A DNA stretch of 64,000 bases from a virus. The translations under genes and the position numbers were made by a program. The stretch spans positions 32,001-96,000 of the IMG/VR virus record IMGVR_UViG_3300032294_002877; one strand, 5' to 3'. Of the stretch, positions 63,910 through 64,000 are shown piece by piece. Below the pieces are notes generated by a model. The model worked only from the letters and a program-made list of their open reading frames with translations, was not told the origin of the DNA and made no database searches. How positions within the stretch are numbered: position 1 is the stretch's first letter; every line of letters starts with the position of its first letter.

Positions 63910-64000
63910 ATGAACGAAACCATCATCCATTTCTGGGAAAATATTGCAACAACTAGCGTAGGCATAATTGTTACAATGTTAGGATTTTGGATTACTATTG
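63910..64000 (+). CDS. partial ORF, membrane protein N-terminus (truncated by window)
   Basis: AAGGAG RBS; MNETIIHFWENIATTSVGIIVTMLGFWITI. Confidence 0.55.
   Translation, partial: MNETIIHFWENIATTSVGIIVTMLGFWITI

Noticed and set aside
1-64000. CRISPR array or long tandem repeat array
   Set aside because: No regularly spaced direct repeats were seen in any intergenic gap; gaps are short and explained by promoters, RNAs or micro-ORFs
1-64000. Stop-codon reassignment, as in some large phages
   Set aside because: Conserved genes (thyX, ligase, ruvB, guaC, rIIA/B) are full length in code 11, TAA, TGA and TAG all end genes, and no suppressor tRNA was seen
1-64000. Bacterial chromosome or prophage interpretation
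   Set aside because: Host-like genes are scattered singly among phage hallmarks and ORFans; there are no housekeeping operons, integrase or att-like boundary

Overview
64 kb fragment of a large, AT-rich, gene-dense dsDNA (jumbo-type) bacteriophage genome read with genetic code 11. It is not a bacterial chromosome: it has rIIA/rIIB, a phage ligase, free-standing HNH/EndoVII nucleases and dozens of tiny overlapping ORFans. Two Tat-signal DUF1501 proteins, a membrane vWA protein and secreted proteins suggest a Planctomycetota host (inference). Contents in order: early small-ORF region with ThyX and UvsE (1-13.7 kb); atypical tRNA-Ile(UAU) and tmRNA (14.7-15.1 kb); vWA/DUF1501, ligase, glycosylase (15-23 kb); tRNA-Leu(UAA) split by a group I intron next to an HNH gene (24.7-25.5 kb); rIIA/rIIB, a miniature tRNA-like element and a RepB-like primase (28-33 kb); Zn-ribbon/RuvA-domain-III fusion plus RuvB, an actin-like ATPase and two serine proteases (33.7-38.7 kb); two divergent glycosylation/methylation blocks (39-46 kb minus, 47.7-54.5 kb plus); GuaC, ferritin, PAP2, sigma factor, ClpP and an apparently inactive DeoC homologue (55-63 kb). 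Two promoter classes are visible: sigma70-like with a CGAT spacer motif, and a GGTGTAT motif. All family assignments come from motifs recognised by eye; no database searches were run.
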